Shown here one piece after another: positions 61,707 through 64,000 of a stretch of 64,000 bases of DNA; within the stretch, counting starts at the first letter, position 1, and each line of letters begins with the position of its first letter. The notes under the pieces are model-generated. The model had not been told where the DNA came from and made no database searches. It saw nothing but the letters and a program-made list of their open reading frames with translations. The translations under genes and the position numbers were made by a program. This DNA comes from Podarcis pityusensis. Taxonomy: Eukaryota. The DNA is taken from assembly GCA_964106645.2 (NCBI GenBank), contig OZ067039.1; one strand, 5' to 3'.

Positions 61707-64000
61707 CTGCAAAGAGATAGAACATGGGGCTATTACCTGTTTGCTCCAACAAGGAGAGCAGATCTACTTATCCCAGAACCTGGCTAAAATTAGGAGAGTA
61801 TTAGTATCAATGCTCAATTTGCCAGCAATGTCCTTTTGTGAAAACCAGCATACTTGCCACCCACTGCAGTCTGTTTCAGGCAGCCCTAGATGCTTCAGAA
61901 GCAAACATAAGGTTACTCACGCACAAGGAATCAGTGTACACGAATCAATTCATTATTCCTCCTGTTCAACTCATTGGCATTAAATACCACTAGAAAACCA
62001 CTGACTGGCTTTGCTGTTTGACGGATTTCTGAACTTTAAGACCCTTTGTATTCCCCTGGAACAAGGTAAATGATAACAGGGTTACTTTAACCATATGCAA
62101 ACATCCTGTGACTTTGGGCTAATGATCCTGTGACAGATTTTTGGCAGGTTGAAGACCTTTAACACTGGACAAGATGCTTTATAGTGGCATCAGTGAATGG
62201 TTAAGATCACAATAATTGGTGAAGTGAAATTTCTAACTTTCAGCTTGATTACTGTCTTGTCATAAATATAATGGATTCATAGCTAATGAAACTGGCCTTC
62301 CAGTTCATAACTCATGAAACTGGCCTTCTGTCCTAATCCTTTAAATGCTGTAAGGTGTGTCCAAGTGATGATTCTATGAGGAAAACAAGGTTGAAACATG
62401 GGGTCCACTCACTGAGCAGATTGTTTCTTGAGCAGAGGATTTGGGCAAAATGTAAGGGAGATGAATAAAACCAGGTCTGCTAAGAAACTGAAGGAATTAC
62501 AGTCCTTGTCTGTAGTTTTCAGAGCAGAGAGATTAATGAAAAACTAGTAGAATAAGGAAGGCAAATGAGAAAATGTTGCTGAGAAAACTGTAGCCAAAGC
62601 CTGATCAGCTGAAGTTATCTTAATTCAGTCAAATGACTGTATTTTATTGAGAATTTACTATTTTATGTACAATGCTTAAGGGTTTCTTTTTCTTTTTATA
62701 ATGCAGTTTATAAAATTTCTTCAATAAATAATTTTGATTACAGAGAATGGCTATTTAAGTGTAAAAATCTAGTCGGAGGGCCTTAAACTTTGGTTATAAC
62801 TAATTCTCTACTCCCTGCATCACCACAATTGCTGGTCTGAGGATGTAACAGAGCCTGCTAAGAAGCAGCATTCAGGTAACTGGGATCTGGATCTCGTTAG
62901 GTAACCCTATAGTCTATCTCATGCTGCTCTTCCCTACATGACTTCCTTAGTCTCCAGCTGCAGCATTTCATAATGAGGACTCAACATGGGGCTTCCCTAC
63001 TGCAGTTCAGATCCTTCCGCTCTCTCTTGTGATTCTTCAAATATCTGACCTGCATGCCCCATCTCTCTTAGAACTTTCCCTTCATTTAGGGTTCATTATA
63101 TCTCTCTTGTTTCTGGAACCTTGTAATTTAAAGACCTAATAGCCTTCATAGTGTAACCCATGTCTGGTTACAGCCTGTGGAGCCTGACAGTATAAAAAAA
63201 GGCAAAGGAAAACATAGTACAAAAAAAGAATAGTGAGCAGGGCTTTAAGTTGCACCAACTTCTGGTTGGTGCAAGGAGAAGACTCTACAGCTGTACTGCC
63301 AAACAAAACGGCAACGAAGACACAGCAATAAAAAGACTGAAGATGAAAGCACCAATATTTGATTCCTTGTATGCATCCAGCTAATGGAGCTGGTGAAAGC
63401 TAATGGAGACTAGTGAAGATCCACTTGAAGGCTGAGTGTTTACAGCCCATCTGCAACACGCACGGCTGAAAAGTACAGACCATGTTCTAAGATCTGATTC
63501 CAAAAAAAGCTGTGGGTGCAGAAGAGAAACTAATACCTCACAGACAGTCAGATCTGGAAAGCCAAAGGTCAATACCAAATGCTACAAAATGAAGAACTAC
63601 AGAGAAAAGCACTCCAGCTGTCACTCCCTAGTGTTAAGCTGTCAGAGATGTGGCAGGATCCTCAGGAAGCATCTGCAGCACCACTTAGAGAGGGCAGAAC
63701 CAGGGTTAAAATATCCAAGAGAGGCAAAGCTTCAAATTATTACTCAACATAAGGAAACATTCTAAAAAAACACACACAAAAAAACACATAAGGAAACATT
63801 TTGATTAAAAATAAGTCTTCAGGTTTACTGTAAATTAATGTATGTGAAATCTAATCATGAAATGATTTATTCCATGTTCTTAATTCCTGCTGCCCTTTAT
63901 TTATCTTATAAAAATTGCTTTTATTGTATTTTCTTTTATATCCATTAGTGTGCATTAAAAGTAAGTGAAACAATATAAAAGTAATGAATGGAATAATAAA

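Overview
Vertebrate genomic DNA, most likely a lacertid lizard (inferred from Podarcis-type Sauria SINEs, a Squam3 SINE and squamate L2/CR1/MITE content). Two genes lie on the minus strand in the same order as at human 17q25. One is the last three coding exons plus 3' UTR of RPTOR (about 57.2-61.7 kb). The other is a complete 8-exon CHMP6 (CDS 13163-24366, 200 aa) with a CpG-island promoter. The most unusual object is a young 4062-bp Ty1/Copia-type LTR element (34116-38177) with two 476-bp LTRs that look identical by eye and a perfect AATAT TSD. Its single intact 887-aa ORF encodes Gag, a zinc knuckle, a protease and an integrase-fold domain lacking the HHCC motif and the catalytic Glu. It has no RT or RNase H and reads through the PPT into the LTR. 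Other notable items: a 45-nt 3'-truncated U5 snRNA retrocopy inside a SINE target-site duplication, an inverted copy of CHMP6 intron 7 inside a MITE near the CHMP6 promoter, a solo LTR nested in a Harbinger-like MITE, and several nested insertions. All alignments were made by eye, repeat-family names are from recall, and boundaries of old repeats are approximate.
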